Shown in pieces: positions 31,749-41,576 of a stretch of 64,000 nucleotides of DNA. The notes under the pieces are model-generated. The model did no database searches. It saw nothing but the letters and a program-made list of their open reading frames with translations, and had not been told where the DNA came from. Position 1 is the first letter of the stretch. Every line of letters starts with the position of its first letter. The stretch comes from Chitinivibrionales bacterium. GTDB lineage: Bacteria; Fibrobacterota; Chitinivibrionia; Chitinivibrionales; WJKA01. The translations under genes and the position numbers were made by a program. The stretch lies in NCBI GenBank assembly GCA_038247415.1, contig JBBRUX010000016.1, positions 1 through 64,000 on the forward strand. The letters are read 5' to 3'.

Positions 31749-32684
31749 ATGGCTGAGTCTGTACAATTTATTCCTCTGTCGATTCCACCAGATCTTGCGG
31801 GGTCAAATTTTCTCGTGGGTACCTCAGGGTACCACTACGATGATTGGATCGGCATTTTTAATCCCCCTAAGGGGATGAAAATTGTTGATCTTTTCCAAAA
31901 AAAACTCCGCGCCGATAGGCTTGCGTGGTATCAGACCTATTTTTCTTTTGTCGAGATAAATCATACCTTTTATGCGATGCCTCAAAAGGCGCATTTTCTG
32001 GATATTCAAAGGCGTAGTAAAGAATCCATGATGTATACCGTCAAGGTTTCGAAGGAAATTTCGCATCAGGGGAATTTTGATTGTGCACGTGGCAAAGAAC
32101 TTATGAAGGCGCATATTATCGGGGTGAGTCCGCTTATTGAGGCGGGGAGTTTGTATTCGTTACTTATTCAATTTGAGGATCATTTGTTTAGAAAAATGGC
32201 TGTTCTCGAATATATCCTGGCGATTTCGGAGGTCGCACGAGCGCAGGGGGTCGATGTCCATGTCGAGTTTCGACATAGAAGCTGGCATGATATGAATGTG
32301 TTGACCGCTTTAAAAAATGCAGGTATCGGGATATGTAATACCGACATTCCTGATGTTTCGCATGCGTTTCCATTAAAAGCTTATGCAACAAGTGCTAAGG
32401 GCTATTTTCGATACAGTGGCAAGAATCTGGCTTCGTGGTATCCACAAAAAAGAAGCACGTCCCCTTTGGAAGCCAAGGCGATGCGCAACGAACGATATAA
32501 TTATAACTATTCATCGGAAGATATTAAAAATCATACTCTTGGACAGATTGCATGCAGCCATAAAGCGAGCACAGTAGCCATTGCTTATAATAATCATTAT
32601 CAGGCTCAGGCGATTAAAAATGCATCTGAAAATCTGATAATGCTCAAGCAAAGACTTGATTCTAATCACGCTTCCGAATTTTAA
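31749..32684 (+). CDS. DUF72 domain protein
   Basis: VGTSGYHY.DW, VEINHTFY, VEFRHRSW, AYNNH. Confidence 0.88.
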   Translation: MAESVQFIPLSIPPDLAGSNFLVGTSGYHYDDWIGIFNPPKGMKIVDLFQKKLRADRLAWYQTYFSFVEINHTFYAMPQKAHFLDIQRRSKESMMYTVKVSKEISHQGNFDCARGKELMKAHIIGVSPLIEAGSLYSLLIQFEDHLFRKMAVLEYILAISEVARAQGVDVHVEFRHRSWHDMNVLTALKNAGIGICNTDIPDVSHAFPLKAYATSAKGYFRYSGKNLASWYPQKRSTSPLEAKAMRNERYNYNYSSEDIKNHTLGQIACSHKASTVAIAYNNHYQAQAIKNASENLIMLKQRLDSNHASEF

Positions 32685-32776
32685 TCTGCTTATTGATTTT
32701 GCGGCATTCGGTATGGTATACTCAAATTTTATTGGGTTTGATAGGCTGTGCGATATTTTTAGTTTGATTTGAGGAA

Positions 32777-34978
32777 TTGAGAATGCGCTTATTTGCTCTT
32801 GTCCCGCTCTTCAGTTTTATTGCACTTGTGCTCTTGGGCATGTTTGTATTATTGCGCAATAGTTCACAAATACGAAATCGCCTCTTTTTTGCTTTATGTT
32901 TAGCTACTGGATTTTGGGGAATTGCTTTTTATGGCACCGTAACCGCTTCCGATGCCGAAAGCGCGCGATTCTTTTATATCATGCATTTATTTATGGCATT
33001 TTCTGGTTCCTCATTTCTTCATTTTATTCATTCTGTATGTCAAAAAAGTGCAGTGCATTCCCACCAGTGGAAACGAGGCTGGATATATGTTCCTGCGTTT
33101 GCATTGTGTGCTTTTGCGATGGTTACAGGACCTACAAGTCAATTGCCAACTCCAGCTCTTGATGGGTGGGGGTATAGTACCACAACTACACCACTCTATT
33201 TGTGGCTTTTGTATGGATGGTCTGTTTTCGTAATGCTGGCTTCAATTAATATACTTTTCCGATTTTATAAATCTGATTCAGATGAAGTGAGAAAAAAGGA
33301 TGCCTATTTTTTAGCACGCGTATTGGTTTTATCGGCGATACTTGAAATTCTTGTCGATATCGGTTTGAGATTGGTCGGTATGCAGGGCCCACGCTCGGGA
33401 CAAATACTCTCGACATTTATTATCTGCTATGTTTTTTGGGTATATTGGCGTGGTGATATTGTCAACCAGTCGTTTGCAGCAGAACGAATAATAGCCATTA
33501 TGCGCGATTGTCTTATTATTGTAGGTTCCGATAATCGCATCGAGCGCGTTAATGATGCAGTTACCCGATTACTGGGTTACGAAAACAACGAGCTTATTGG
33601 GCAACCAATAAAAAATCTCTTTGCAGAAGGAACAAATCCTGATCGCATATCATTATTGGATAAAACCTCACGAAATTCAATGCCAGAGACATTTGCAGAG
33701 ATAGAAACCGTTTTTCGCAAAAAATCGGGAGAATCTATTAATGTCTCCCTTTCTCAGTCTATGATACGCAACGACAATGAACGATGTGTTGGTATGGTTC
33801 TTTTAGCCCGAGATCTGAGCGAGCGAAATCTTGTTGACGAAGAGCTTCGACGTTCTCAAAAGCTTGCATCCCTTTCTAAATTATCCGCAGGTATTGCACA
33901 TGATTTCAATAATGTACTGACGGCTGTCTTGGGAAATATTACGCTTTTGGGTAAAAAAATTAACCAGAGCGAAGAAATTGCTTCAATTTTGGCAGCAACA
34001 GAGCGCGCTGCATTGGCAGCAAAGTCTTTAGCCGGGCAATTGTTGACATTTTCAAGTGGCGGTGATCCTATCAAGGAAACGGTGTATCCCGAAGCATTCC
34101 TCAATGACGCTGTGGACTTTACACTCAAGGGATCCAATGTAGAGTATACAATAGCTATGGAAGCAGACCTTTTTGCGGTAGAGGTAGACATATCGCAAAT
34201 TACCCAAGCAATAAGCAGCATTGTCATGAATGCCCGTCAATCAATGTCTCAAGGGGGCAAGCTTACTGTACAATGTCGTAATCGTCTCAATGGGGAGACG
34301 GGGTTGCCCTTTTTAGATCATGAGAAATATGTTGAGTTCAATTTTGCCGATCATGGCCATGGCATTAAAAAAGAACTTATATCACGGGTGTTCGATCCGT
34401 TTTTTACAACACGGCAAGAAGGTAGTGGTTTAGGATTGAGTGTAAGTTATTCTATTGTCAAAAAGCATGGCGGACATATCGATGTGCAATCGCGTGAAGG
34501 AGTAGGTACTATTATCAGGCTATTCCTCCCTGCCTCGGATAATATCCCTATTGTTAACGTTAAAGAAGAGGCTTTTGTACCTACCAATAAAGGACCGGTA
34601 CGCATTCTTGTTATGGATGATGACGAAATTGTGCGCACAACCTTTCAAATGATCCTTGCTGAACTGGGCTGTGAAAGTGACTTTGCGGTGCATGGTACCC
34701 AGGCGATCGAGTATTTCCAAAAAGCATTTTCAAGTGGAAACCCCTACGATCTTTGCTTTATGGATCTGACAATACCGGGCAATATTGGAGGGAAAGAAGC
34801 AATCGGCAAACTTTTAGAAATAAACCCTTCTGTAAAGGCAATTGTAACCTCTGGATATTCCGACGACCCGGTCATGGCCCGATTTCGTGATTATGGCTTT
34901 TCGGGTGTATTACCAAAACCGTTTCAGTTCGATGAAGTAGAAACGCTCGTAACACGCTTTTCCGTTTCGTCTCATTGA
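32777..34978 (+). CDS. Hybrid sensor kinase (7TM - PAS - HisKA - HATPase - REC)
   Basis: GIAHDFNN H-box, DPFFTT, GSGLGL, ILVMDD/MDLT receiver. Confidence 0.92.
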   Translation: MRMRLFALVPLFSFIALVLLGMFVLLRNSSQIRNRLFFALCLATGFWGIAFYGTVTASDAESARFFYIMHLFMAFSGSSFLHFIHSVCQKSAVHSHQWKRGWIYVPAFALCAFAMVTGPTSQLPTPALDGWGYSTTTTPLYLWLLYGWSVFVMLASINILFRFYKSDSDEVRKKDAYFLARVLVLSAILEILVDIGLRLVGMQGPRSGQILSTFIICYVFWVYWRGDIVNQSFAAERIIAIMRDCLIIVGSDNRIERVNDAVTRLLGYENNELIGQPIKNLFAEGTNPDRISLLDKTSRNSMPETFAEIETVFRKKSGESINVSLSQSMIRNDNERCVGMVLLARDLSERNLVDEELRRSQKLASLSKLSAGIAHDFNNVLTAVLGNITLLGKKINQSEEIASILAATERAALAAKSLAGQLLTFSSGGDPIKETVYPEAFLNDAVDFTLKGSNVEYTIAMEADLFAVEVDISQITQAISSIVMNARQSMSQGGKLTVQCRNRLNGETGLPFLDHEKYVEFNFADHGHGIKKELISRVFDPFFTTRQEGSGLGLSVSYSIVKKHGGHIDVQSREGVGTIIRLFLPASDNIPIVNVKEEAFVPTNKGPVRILVMDDDEIVRTTFQMILAELGCESDFAVHGTQAIEYFQKAFSSGNPYDLCFMDLTIPGNIGGKEAIGKLLEINPSVKAIVTSGYSDDPVMARFRDYGFSGVLPKPFQFDEVETLVTRFSVSSH

Positions 34979-34991
34979 TAGCGCTGTATCT

Positions 34992-36998
34992 ATGCGCCGC
35001 TCCCCCTTATTCGCTTCAGCTTCTATCCCAAGTGCTCCCTTGGGGGCAACCATTATTAACGATGCTGTAGCATTTTCGGTGAATAGTTCTACCGCAGTTA
35101 AGGTTAGGATTCTTCTTTACAAAGATGATGTGGCACGTAACCCCTGTTTTGAATTGGAACTTATACGCACGAGTCAATTTTTGTGGCAGGGAGCCATCAA
35201 AGGTGCTCGTGCCGGCATGCTGTATGGGTACCGTATTGAAACCCGTCAACAATTGCTTGCACAGGATGAATGTTTGGCGGTTGATCCGTATGCTAAGGCG
35301 GTATGGCCATTGCATGATGGTACTCTGCTTGCTGTTATTGTTGATGATGCATTCGATTGGACAGATGCGCACCGTACAACCTATTCGTTTCAGGATACCA
35401 TAATTTACGAAGCTCATTGCAAGGGATTTACTGCGCATGATACTTCGGGGGTTATGTCCCCGGGCACATACCGTGGGTTTATAGAAAAAATACCATATCT
35501 GCAATCGCTTGGAATAACGGCTGTTGAATTTTTGCCGTTGCATCAATCGGTACCAGAGCCATTTCTGGTAGAGGCTGGTCGAACGAATTATTGGGGCTAT
35601 TCAACGCTTTCTTACTTTGCACCCGATTATCGTTTTGTATCGGCGAATGATCCTATGGCAGCAGTGCGTGAATGTAAAGAAATGATTAATGCTCTGCACA
35701 ATGCAGGCCTTGAGGTAATTCTTGATGTTGTTTACAACCACACCTGCGAAGGGAATGAAACAGGACCTCTTTTTTCGTTTAAGATCTTAGATAAAGAAGC
35801 GTATTATATTCATGATGCAGAAACCGGAGCCTTGACTGATCTGACTGGTTGTGGAAATACTTTGGATGCGGGATCGTATCCTGTAATCAAGCTGATTATG
35901 GATTCTTTACGATATTGGGTAACGGTAATGCATGTAGATGGTTTTCGGTTTGATTTAGCAACTACCTTGGGACGCCCTGCTGCAAAACCATTTGACCCAG
36001 CATCGGCTCTGCTTACCGCTATAAGACAAGACCCTATTGTAGGAATGGTTAAGCTTATTGCTGAACCTTGGGATGCAACGCCGCAGGTTTATAAACCGGG
36101 TAAGTTTCCAAATCCCTTGTACGAATGGAATGGATTATATCGGGATAGCGTACGTCGATTTTGTAAAAGTGATGCTGGCCTGGCATTGGCCTTTATTGAA
36201 GCCATATGCAATAAAGTAACGGTACCTGCTAGCAATTCGGATATACGTTTTCGTTCGATTAATTTTATTACCGCACATGATGGATTTACATTGTGGGATC
36301 TTGTTTCGTATGCTCGCAAACACAACGAAGAAAATGGCCAAAAAAATTCCGATGGCACAAACGCCAATTATTCATGGAATTGGGGTATCGAAGGGGAAAC
36401 TAGTGATCCCGTAATACTCGAACAAAGATCTCTATTGTGCCGTAATTTCATGCTCACGTTGTGCCTTTCTGCAGGTGTTCCCATGATTCTGATGGGGGAC
36501 GAGGTCCACCGGTCGCAATTGGGAAATAACAATGCGTATTGTCAAGATGTGTCGTGGAACTATCTTTCCTGGAAAAATGGTGCTTTTCAGACATCGATGC
36601 TAATTTTTACAAAAGCATCGTTGAAATTGCGTAAATACCTGATAGAAAGGTATCAGGATTTTTTTAACATCGACGCAAATCCTGCGCTTGCCTTTTTTGA
36701 TGAAAATGGAATTTCTCCGGTGGCGTTGGGCGAATCTCAAGCCAGATCGGTGGAAATCCTTTGTGTGCCTTGCACTATACTGCACGATTCCTGCGCATTA
36801 TTGATCTGCAGCAATGCTCATTGGGAATCGCGCGATTTCACCTTTCCTCAGAATGAAAATGAGGGAGAGTGGTATCAATTGGTCGATACGAGTCGACCGG
36901 ATATCTGCAATGGTGTATTTTCTATGCGCAGATGGGCAGGTACACAAGCAACAATTTCTGCCCGATCGACTATGGTATTTGAACGGAGAAAATCATGA
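34992..36998 (+). CDS. glgX: Glycogen debranching enzyme / isoamylase (GH13)
   Basis: NYWGY, DVVYNHT, DGFRFDLA, IAEPWD, TAHDGF, NNNAYCQD. Confidence 0.9.
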   Translation: MRRSPLFASASIPSAPLGATIINDAVAFSVNSSTAVKVRILLYKDDVARNPCFELELIRTSQFLWQGAIKGARAGMLYGYRIETRQQLLAQDECLAVDPYAKAVWPLHDGTLLAVIVDDAFDWTDAHRTTYSFQDTIIYEAHCKGFTAHDTSGVMSPGTYRGFIEKIPYLQSLGITAVEFLPLHQSVPEPFLVEAGRTNYWGYSTLSYFAPDYRFVSANDPMAAVRECKEMINALHNAGLEVILDVVYNHTCEGNETGPLFSFKILDKEAYYIHDAETGALTDLTGCGNTLDAGSYPVIKLIMDSLRYWVTVMHVDGFRFDLATTLGRPAAKPFDPASALLTAIRQDPIVGMVKLIAEPWDATPQVYKPGKFPNPLYEWNGLYRDSVRRFCKSDAGLALAFIEAICNKVTVPASNSDIRFRSINFITAHDGFTLWDLVSYARKHNEENGQKNSDGTNANYSWNWGIEGETSDPVILEQRSLLCRNFMLTLCLSAGVPMILMGDEVHRSQLGNNNAYCQDVSWNYLSWKNGAFQTSMLIFTKASLKLRKYLIERYQDFFNIDANPALAFFDENGISPVALGESQARSVEILCVPCTILHDSCALLICSNAHWESRDFTFPQNENEGEWYQLVDTSRPDICNGVFSMRRWAGTQATISARSTMVFERRKS

Positions 36999-37786
36999 AA
37001 ACATGTGAGGATATTCGCGCTAAAAGAGGGTTTATTTGTGATATGGATGGAGTGCTGTATCACGGAAATAAACTATTGCCGCGCGTAAAAGAATTTGTGG
37101 CATGGCTTATTGCCGAAAAAAAACATTTTTTATTTCTTACAAATGCAAGCGAGCGTTCCCCTCGTGAACTTGCAGAAAAGCTTTCTCGATTGGGCATCGA
37201 TGTATCTCCCGATATTTTTTATACCAGTGCCCTTGCTACAGCAGAGTTTTTAGCGTCCCAACGACCCAAAGGAAGCGCCTTTGTTATTGGCGAAGCAGGT
37301 CTTATCAATGCGCTGTACGATGCGGGGTATACCATGAATGAGGTTAATCCCGATTATGTGGTGGTGGGTGAAACTCATTCGTATACGTACGATCGTATTA
37401 GTAAAGCTATTAATTTGGTGCTTGGCGGCGCACGCCTTATTGGCACCAATCCCGATCTAACAGGCCCTGTGGAACATGGGATTGTACCTGCAACAAAAGC
37501 ATTACTTGCTCCAATCGAATTGTCAACAGGACGCAATGCTTATTATGTGGGCAAACCAAATCCCCTTATTATGCGCCATGCACTCAAAAAACTCGGATGC
37601 ATCCGTGAAGAAACCGCAATAATCGGCGATCGTATGGACACCGATATTGTTGCAGGGATAGAATCTGAAATTGATACGGTTCTTGTTCTCACGGGTGTTA
37701 CAAAAAGAGAAACACTGGGAGCTTTTCCCTATCAGCCTTCGCTTGTGCTTGAGGGGGTGGGGGAGATTATTGATGGGAAACTATAA
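36995..37786 (+). CDS. HAD-IIA hydrolase (NagD-like)
   Basis: CDMDGV, LTN, TNPD, GKP, IGDRMDTD. Confidence 0.9.
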   Translation: MKTCEDIRAKRGFICDMDGVLYHGNKLLPRVKEFVAWLIAEKKHFLFLTNASERSPRELAEKLSRLGIDVSPDIFYTSALATAEFLASQRPKGSAFVIGEAGLINALYDAGYTMNEVNPDYVVVGETHSYTYDRISKAINLVLGGARLIGTNPDLTGPVEHGIVPATKALLAPIELSTGRNAYYVGKPNPLIMRHALKKLGCIREETAIIGDRMDTDIVAGIESEIDTVLVLTGVTKRETLGAFPYQPSLVLEGVGEIIDGKL

Positions 37787-37808
37787 ATATGTAAGTTAAG
37801 ATAAGATT

Positions 37809-38006
37809 TTGGACGTTCCAGCTTCGCCGTCGCCCCTACCCCTTCGGGCGACCAAAGGAAGTGCCCTTGGGGTATGTTCCGATGCGGCTTCCTTTATGGG
37901 TTCTCGCTTCGCGAGCCGGTCTTTCATGCCATGAGGCACTTCGTGCCTGAGGCATTTAAGACTGAAAGCTTCACTCCGTTTTGCTTTCACCCTCCAGTCC
38001 GGGCTA
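37809..38006 (-). repeat. Hairpin-rich REP/MITE-like element, copy A
   Basis: GC-rich, four cTTCg-centred motifs, three with clear stems (CCCTTCGGG, CTCGCTTCGCGAG, AGGCACTTCGTGCCT); ends resemble copy B in inverted orientation. Confidence 0.55.
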
Positions 38007-38025
38007 ATGCGCTTGACATAAGAGG

Positions 38026-38109
38026 GTGCAGAACACGATTAAAGGATTACGGGATTATCATGATTAGGTCTGAAAAAATCATGCCCATCACATAAATCAT
38101 AGTTTAGAC
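38026..38109. repeat. Periodic GATT/ATCA fold-back element
   Basis: GATT at 38037/45/53/62 and ATCA at 38078/87/96. Confidence 0.5.
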
Positions 38110-38120
38110 TATTGACTTCC

Positions 38121-38267
38121 GCGCCAGGCAGGACTGGAGTGTAATGGATGAACAGCGTGAATCCATCAGTCTGGAAAGACCCAGGTGCAGAGCACCGCAG
38201 GGCTTGACAGACCGGCTTGCGAAGCAAGAGCACGTAAGAAGGACCGGTACCGCAGGTAGGCGCCCAA
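38121..38267 (+). repeat. Hairpin-rich REP/MITE-like element, copy B
   Basis: GCGCC...GGCGC closing stem; hairpins CTTGC-GAA-GCAAG, ACC-GCA-GGT, GGTGC-AGA-GCACC. Confidence 0.55.
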
Positions 38268-38301
38268 GAGATTGATACTTATCTTGTAAAGGCTCATCGC
38301 C

Positions 38302-39066
38302 TTATACTATTTCCAACTTCATTGAAGATAAAAAATCCAGCGCCTTCATTTCATCATCCTTAGAAGCATGATAGGCAATATAAGAGCACAGTATCCTGAT
38401 TACAGAAACCGCTTGACCAATTCCAAAGGAGAGAGAAAGTTCGTTTTTTTGGGTACGGTCAATAAGCCGGATAAGCGGGAGCGGGATAAAGGAATCTGTG
38501 GAGGACGCTGGTTTACAATAAGAACAAACAAACCCACCTTCGGTTGTTTTGAGCGTGCCGCCGTCTGTTGCGTTGAGTGAGCGAGAGCATGCAATGCACT
38601 GTGCTGTGTTGATATCATACCCTTCATGATAAGCGCATAACGCAAGGAACGAGATTAATTCTATCGATGCGTAAAGGGGGGATGGGGCTTTAACGCAGTG
38701 CCACATCCAAAGAACAATTTGTTCGTAGAGGGATGGATGAGATTCGCCTAGTACAAGGAACTTTTGTAGAAGCTCAAAACCGGCATCAAGAAGTGCAGTT
38801 GTAAATATATCGGGGTTGTCTGCTGCGGGAAATCCGGTGAGATGAAGCGAGCCAAGAATGCCAAGCTCTGCATGGGGTCGCAGATAGAGGGTTGTTTCGA
38901 TGATCATGCCACGCTGGGGGAAAAATGCCATGGGCTTTTTTCGTTTGATGCCTTTGGCAATGCCTTGAATTCTGCCATGACTTTTTGTAAATATTGTAAG
39001 AAGCGCGCTGGTTTCCCGATAGGGTCTAACAGAAAGGATTATTGCTTCGGTTGCATAGGGGGCCAT
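38302..39066 (-). CDS. recO: DNA repair protein RecO
   Basis: TEAIIL..PYRET..L..FT..HG...IAKG OB-fold; CxxC...CxxC zinc finger. Confidence 0.88.
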   Translation of the reverse strand: MAPYATEAIILSVRPYRETSALLTIFTKSHGRIQGIAKGIKRKKPMAFFPQRGMIIETTLYLRPHAELGILGSLHLTGFPAADNPDIFTTALLDAGFELLQKFLVLGESHPSLYEQIVLWMWHCVKAPSPLYASIELISFLALCAYHEGYDINTAQCIACSRSLNATDGGTLKTTEGGFVCSYCKPASSTDSFIPLPLIRLIDRTQKNELSLSFGIGQAVSVIRILCSYIAYHASKDDEMKALDFLSSMKLEIV

Positions 39067-39083
39067 GTAGTATCCATGAGTTT

Positions 39084-39395
39084 TTAACGCGATGGGGAAT
39101 CTATGAATTTGTAAATGAGCTCGTCCTTTTTTGCCATGCCAAGGCGATAGCGCGCTGCTTGTTCTATTGCAAAAGTATCGGAGTGCAATGCTTCGATGTA
39201 CTGCTTAAGAGAATCTATGGTTACCTGTGCTTGTTTTATTTCAACATGCAATTGAGAAATTCCTTTTTGTGCCGAGCGGAGTGCCAGATATCCTTGTGGG
39301 CCAGATATCGTGAAATAGACAACTGCAATGATGGTAGCAGCAACAATCCATCGGCCTAATTTAAGCTTTTTAAAGCGTATGTCAGATTGCCACAT
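39084..39395 (-). CDS. Septum formation initiator (FtsB/DivIC family)
   Basis: Single TM, GPQG, coiled coil, IEQAARYRLGMAKKDE. Confidence 0.85.
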   Translation of the reverse strand: MWQSDIRFKKLKLGRWIVAATIIAVVYFTISGPQGYLALRSAQKGISQLHVEIKQAQVTIDSLKQYIEALHSDTFAIEQAARYRLGMAKKDELIYKFIDSPSR

Positions 39396-40473
39396 AGTGT
39401 TGCCCCGGTAGTTGACGAAGTGCATTCCTGAGTTCGAGATTGAGAAGAAGCCCCAAAAGATTCGATACGCTATGGCCGCTCAATTCGGTAAGTGCAGCAA
39501 TATGCACCGGTTGAGAACTGAGGTGTTTCATGATGGTCATTTCGCTTTCGGAAAAAAACTGAGTTGGCCTGAGCGGCAGTGATTCTTCTCGCAAACGTAA
39601 CACGTGAGTTTCGGGCCGAAGCATTTGCACAATATCGGCGCCGCATGTAACGGGAACGGCACCCTGACGAATAAGGTTGTGAGGTCCGGCACTCAGGGGC
39701 GAGAATATTGATCCGGGTACTGCAAAAACATCCCGCGATTGAGCAAGAGCAAAGGAACTGGTGATAAGAGCCCCGCTGCGTTCGCCCGCTTCGATAACGC
39801 ATGTTCCCTTAGATAAACCGCTAATGATCCGATTACGGCGCGGAAAATTGAAGCTTTCGGGTCGTGTCCCAAAGGGAAATTCGGAAACAAGAACGCCAAA
39901 CTCTGGAATTTTTGCCATGAGGGCTCTGTTGTGTGCTGGATATACTATGTCAATTCCGCACCCGAGTACCGCAATCGTTTTTCCGTTCTTGGCGATACAC
40001 GTTTCGTGAACAATCGTATCGATACCGCTTGCAAGACCGCTGGCTAGGGCAATGTGTTCGGCACATAATTCTTCTGATAGTTTCGCAGCAACGCTTTTGC
40101 CGTAGGTTGTTGGATGTCGCGTGCCGACCATCGCCATGGTTTCGATAGTAAAAGTCTCTAAATCTCCCAATGCGTAAATGACTGGCGGCGGCGCAAAAAT
40201 TTCTTTGAGCATACGGGGATAGCGCGCGTCGTCGAGGGTGAGAATGTGGGCTCCCATGGTCGTGGCCGTGTCGATTTGCCGGGTCGCTTCATCAAAAAGA
40301 GCTGAATCCGATAATCTGGAGGCAATATCTTGGTTTATTCCAGAAATGCTACAGAGATCGCGGGGGGATGCGTCGAAAACAGCTTTGGGATTTTTAAACT
40401 CGCCAATAAGCGCGTTTATGCGCGTTGGGCCTAATCCTTTGATTCCGTTAAGTGCAATCCAATATGCAAGCAT
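39382..40473 (-). CDS. dprA: DNA-processing protein
   Basis: VGTR, SGLASGID, VLGCG, FPRRNRIISGLS, VFAVPG; start at MLAYWI. Confidence 0.93.
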   Translation of the reverse strand: MLAYWIALNGIKGLGPTRINALIGEFKNPKAVFDASPRDLCSISGINQDIASRLSDSALFDEATRQIDTATTMGAHILTLDDARYPRMLKEIFAPPPVIYALGDLETFTIETMAMVGTRHPTTYGKSVAAKLSEELCAEHIALASGLASGIDTIVHETCIAKNGKTIAVLGCGIDIVYPAHNRALMAKIPEFGVLVSEFPFGTRPESFNFPRRNRIISGLSKGTCVIEAGERSGALITSSFALAQSRDVFAVPGSIFSPLSAGPHNLIRQGAVPVTCGADIVQMLRPETHVLRLREESLPLRPTQFFSESEMTIMKHLSSQPVHIAALTELSGHSVSNLLGLLLNLELRNALRQLPGQHYVAI

Positions 40474-40659
40474 GTTCAAAATCCAGCGATTAAGGTATAC
40501 TGTGTTGTATCGGGAATATACTGCTTTTTGGCAGAGCCCTGTCAAAAAGCATCGATTAGAAAATACATATGGGCAATTGCGTATTAATTTGCAAACTGTA
40601 TTCCGCACAATAGATTTTTTGATTCAACAACAATCGCACGCATTGCATGGAGGAATTAT

Positions 40660-41520
40660 ATGAAATGTTATGAAGTTACCCAGTGTTCCGAAAAAGAGCG
40701 TTCAACGTGTTACGTATGGAATAGCTTTAGAGAAAATCCCGATGATCTAGAAAATATCAAGTGCTGGGTTTTGAAAAATGTGTATCAACCAGAAAATCGA
40801 AACCTGCTTAAGAAATGTCTTTCATGTAAATATTATCTCATTACTAATAAGCAAACTGGGGTTGTATCCGATTATTCTGCCACAATTGCTACCATTGCCC
40901 TGGACGGTGTGCTCAATAACGATAAGAGTCGCGCTTTAACCACGGTTTTTGAAACACTCAAGAAAAATAATAAATATCGTATTATTCTCGATTTATCTAA
41001 AGTCAATAATGTGTATTCCTGCGGTTTGGGTGTCATTATAACTATTCATAAAGAGGCAAAAGAGCACGGGGGTACTTTGGTTGTGTGTGGCCCCAGTGGC
41101 TATACCGCCCAAATTTTAGAGTCTACAAAACTAGTTCGCTTGCTTAAAATTGTGCCCGATCAAAGGGCCGCAAAAGATTACCTCGATGAACGTATTGCTG
41201 CCGAAAAGGCTGCAGCAGAAACCATCGCACGGGAACTTGAAGCAAAGTCTGCACAAGAAGCGTCCCATCGCGCAGAGCAAGATCGGCTGGCAGCTATTCC
41301 TGCCAAGAAAATTGTCCCCGAAAAACGTCCACAGTGTTTTGAATATTGGAATAACCGTAATCCTAATAATGCGACAGCATGCGATGAGTGTTTCAAGAAA
41401 GTAAATCCGTCCAATCAGCCGTGTTGGATTGTTGAGGGAGAAATAGAGGGTATTTCATTTCAATATGTAAACGAAGACTGCGAGGATTGCGAGTACTATC
41501 AGAAGTTTTCGGAGGGGTAA
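40660..41520 (+). CDS. STAS (anti-anti-sigma) protein flanked by two 6-Cys 'CW'-type domains
   Basis: ILDLSKV..VYSCGLG STAS core; N- and C-terminal domains each with six Cys, a CW pair and CxxCxYY; GGAGG RBS. Confidence 0.8.
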   Translation: MKCYEVTQCSEKERSTCYVWNSFRENPDDLENIKCWVLKNVYQPENRNLLKKCLSCKYYLITNKQTGVVSDYSATIATIALDGVLNNDKSRALTTVFETLKKNNKYRIILDLSKVNNVYSCGLGVIITIHKEAKEHGGTLVVCGPSGYTAQILESTKLVRLLKIVPDQRAAKDYLDERIAAEKAAAETIARELEAKSAQEASHRAEQDRLAAIPAKKIVPEKRPQCFEYWNNRNPNNATACDECFKKVNPSNQPCWIVEGEIEGISFQYVNEDCEDCEYYQKFSEG

Positions 41521-41534
41521 TAGAGCACGTTTTT

Positions 41535-41576
41535 AAGCGCGTGTTCATGAGTATGCCATGAACACACGCTTTTTTT
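41535..41576. terminator. Terminator between convergent genes
   Basis: AAGCGCGTGTTCATG/CATGAACACACGCTT stem plus T run. Confidence 0.7.

Noticed and set aside
37796..38233. ORFs, or RNase P/SRP/tmRNA/6S/attC, in the nagD-like/recO gap
   Set aside because: The ORFs lie on palindromic repeats; no hallmark RNA motifs, no attC core sites and no integrase in the window.
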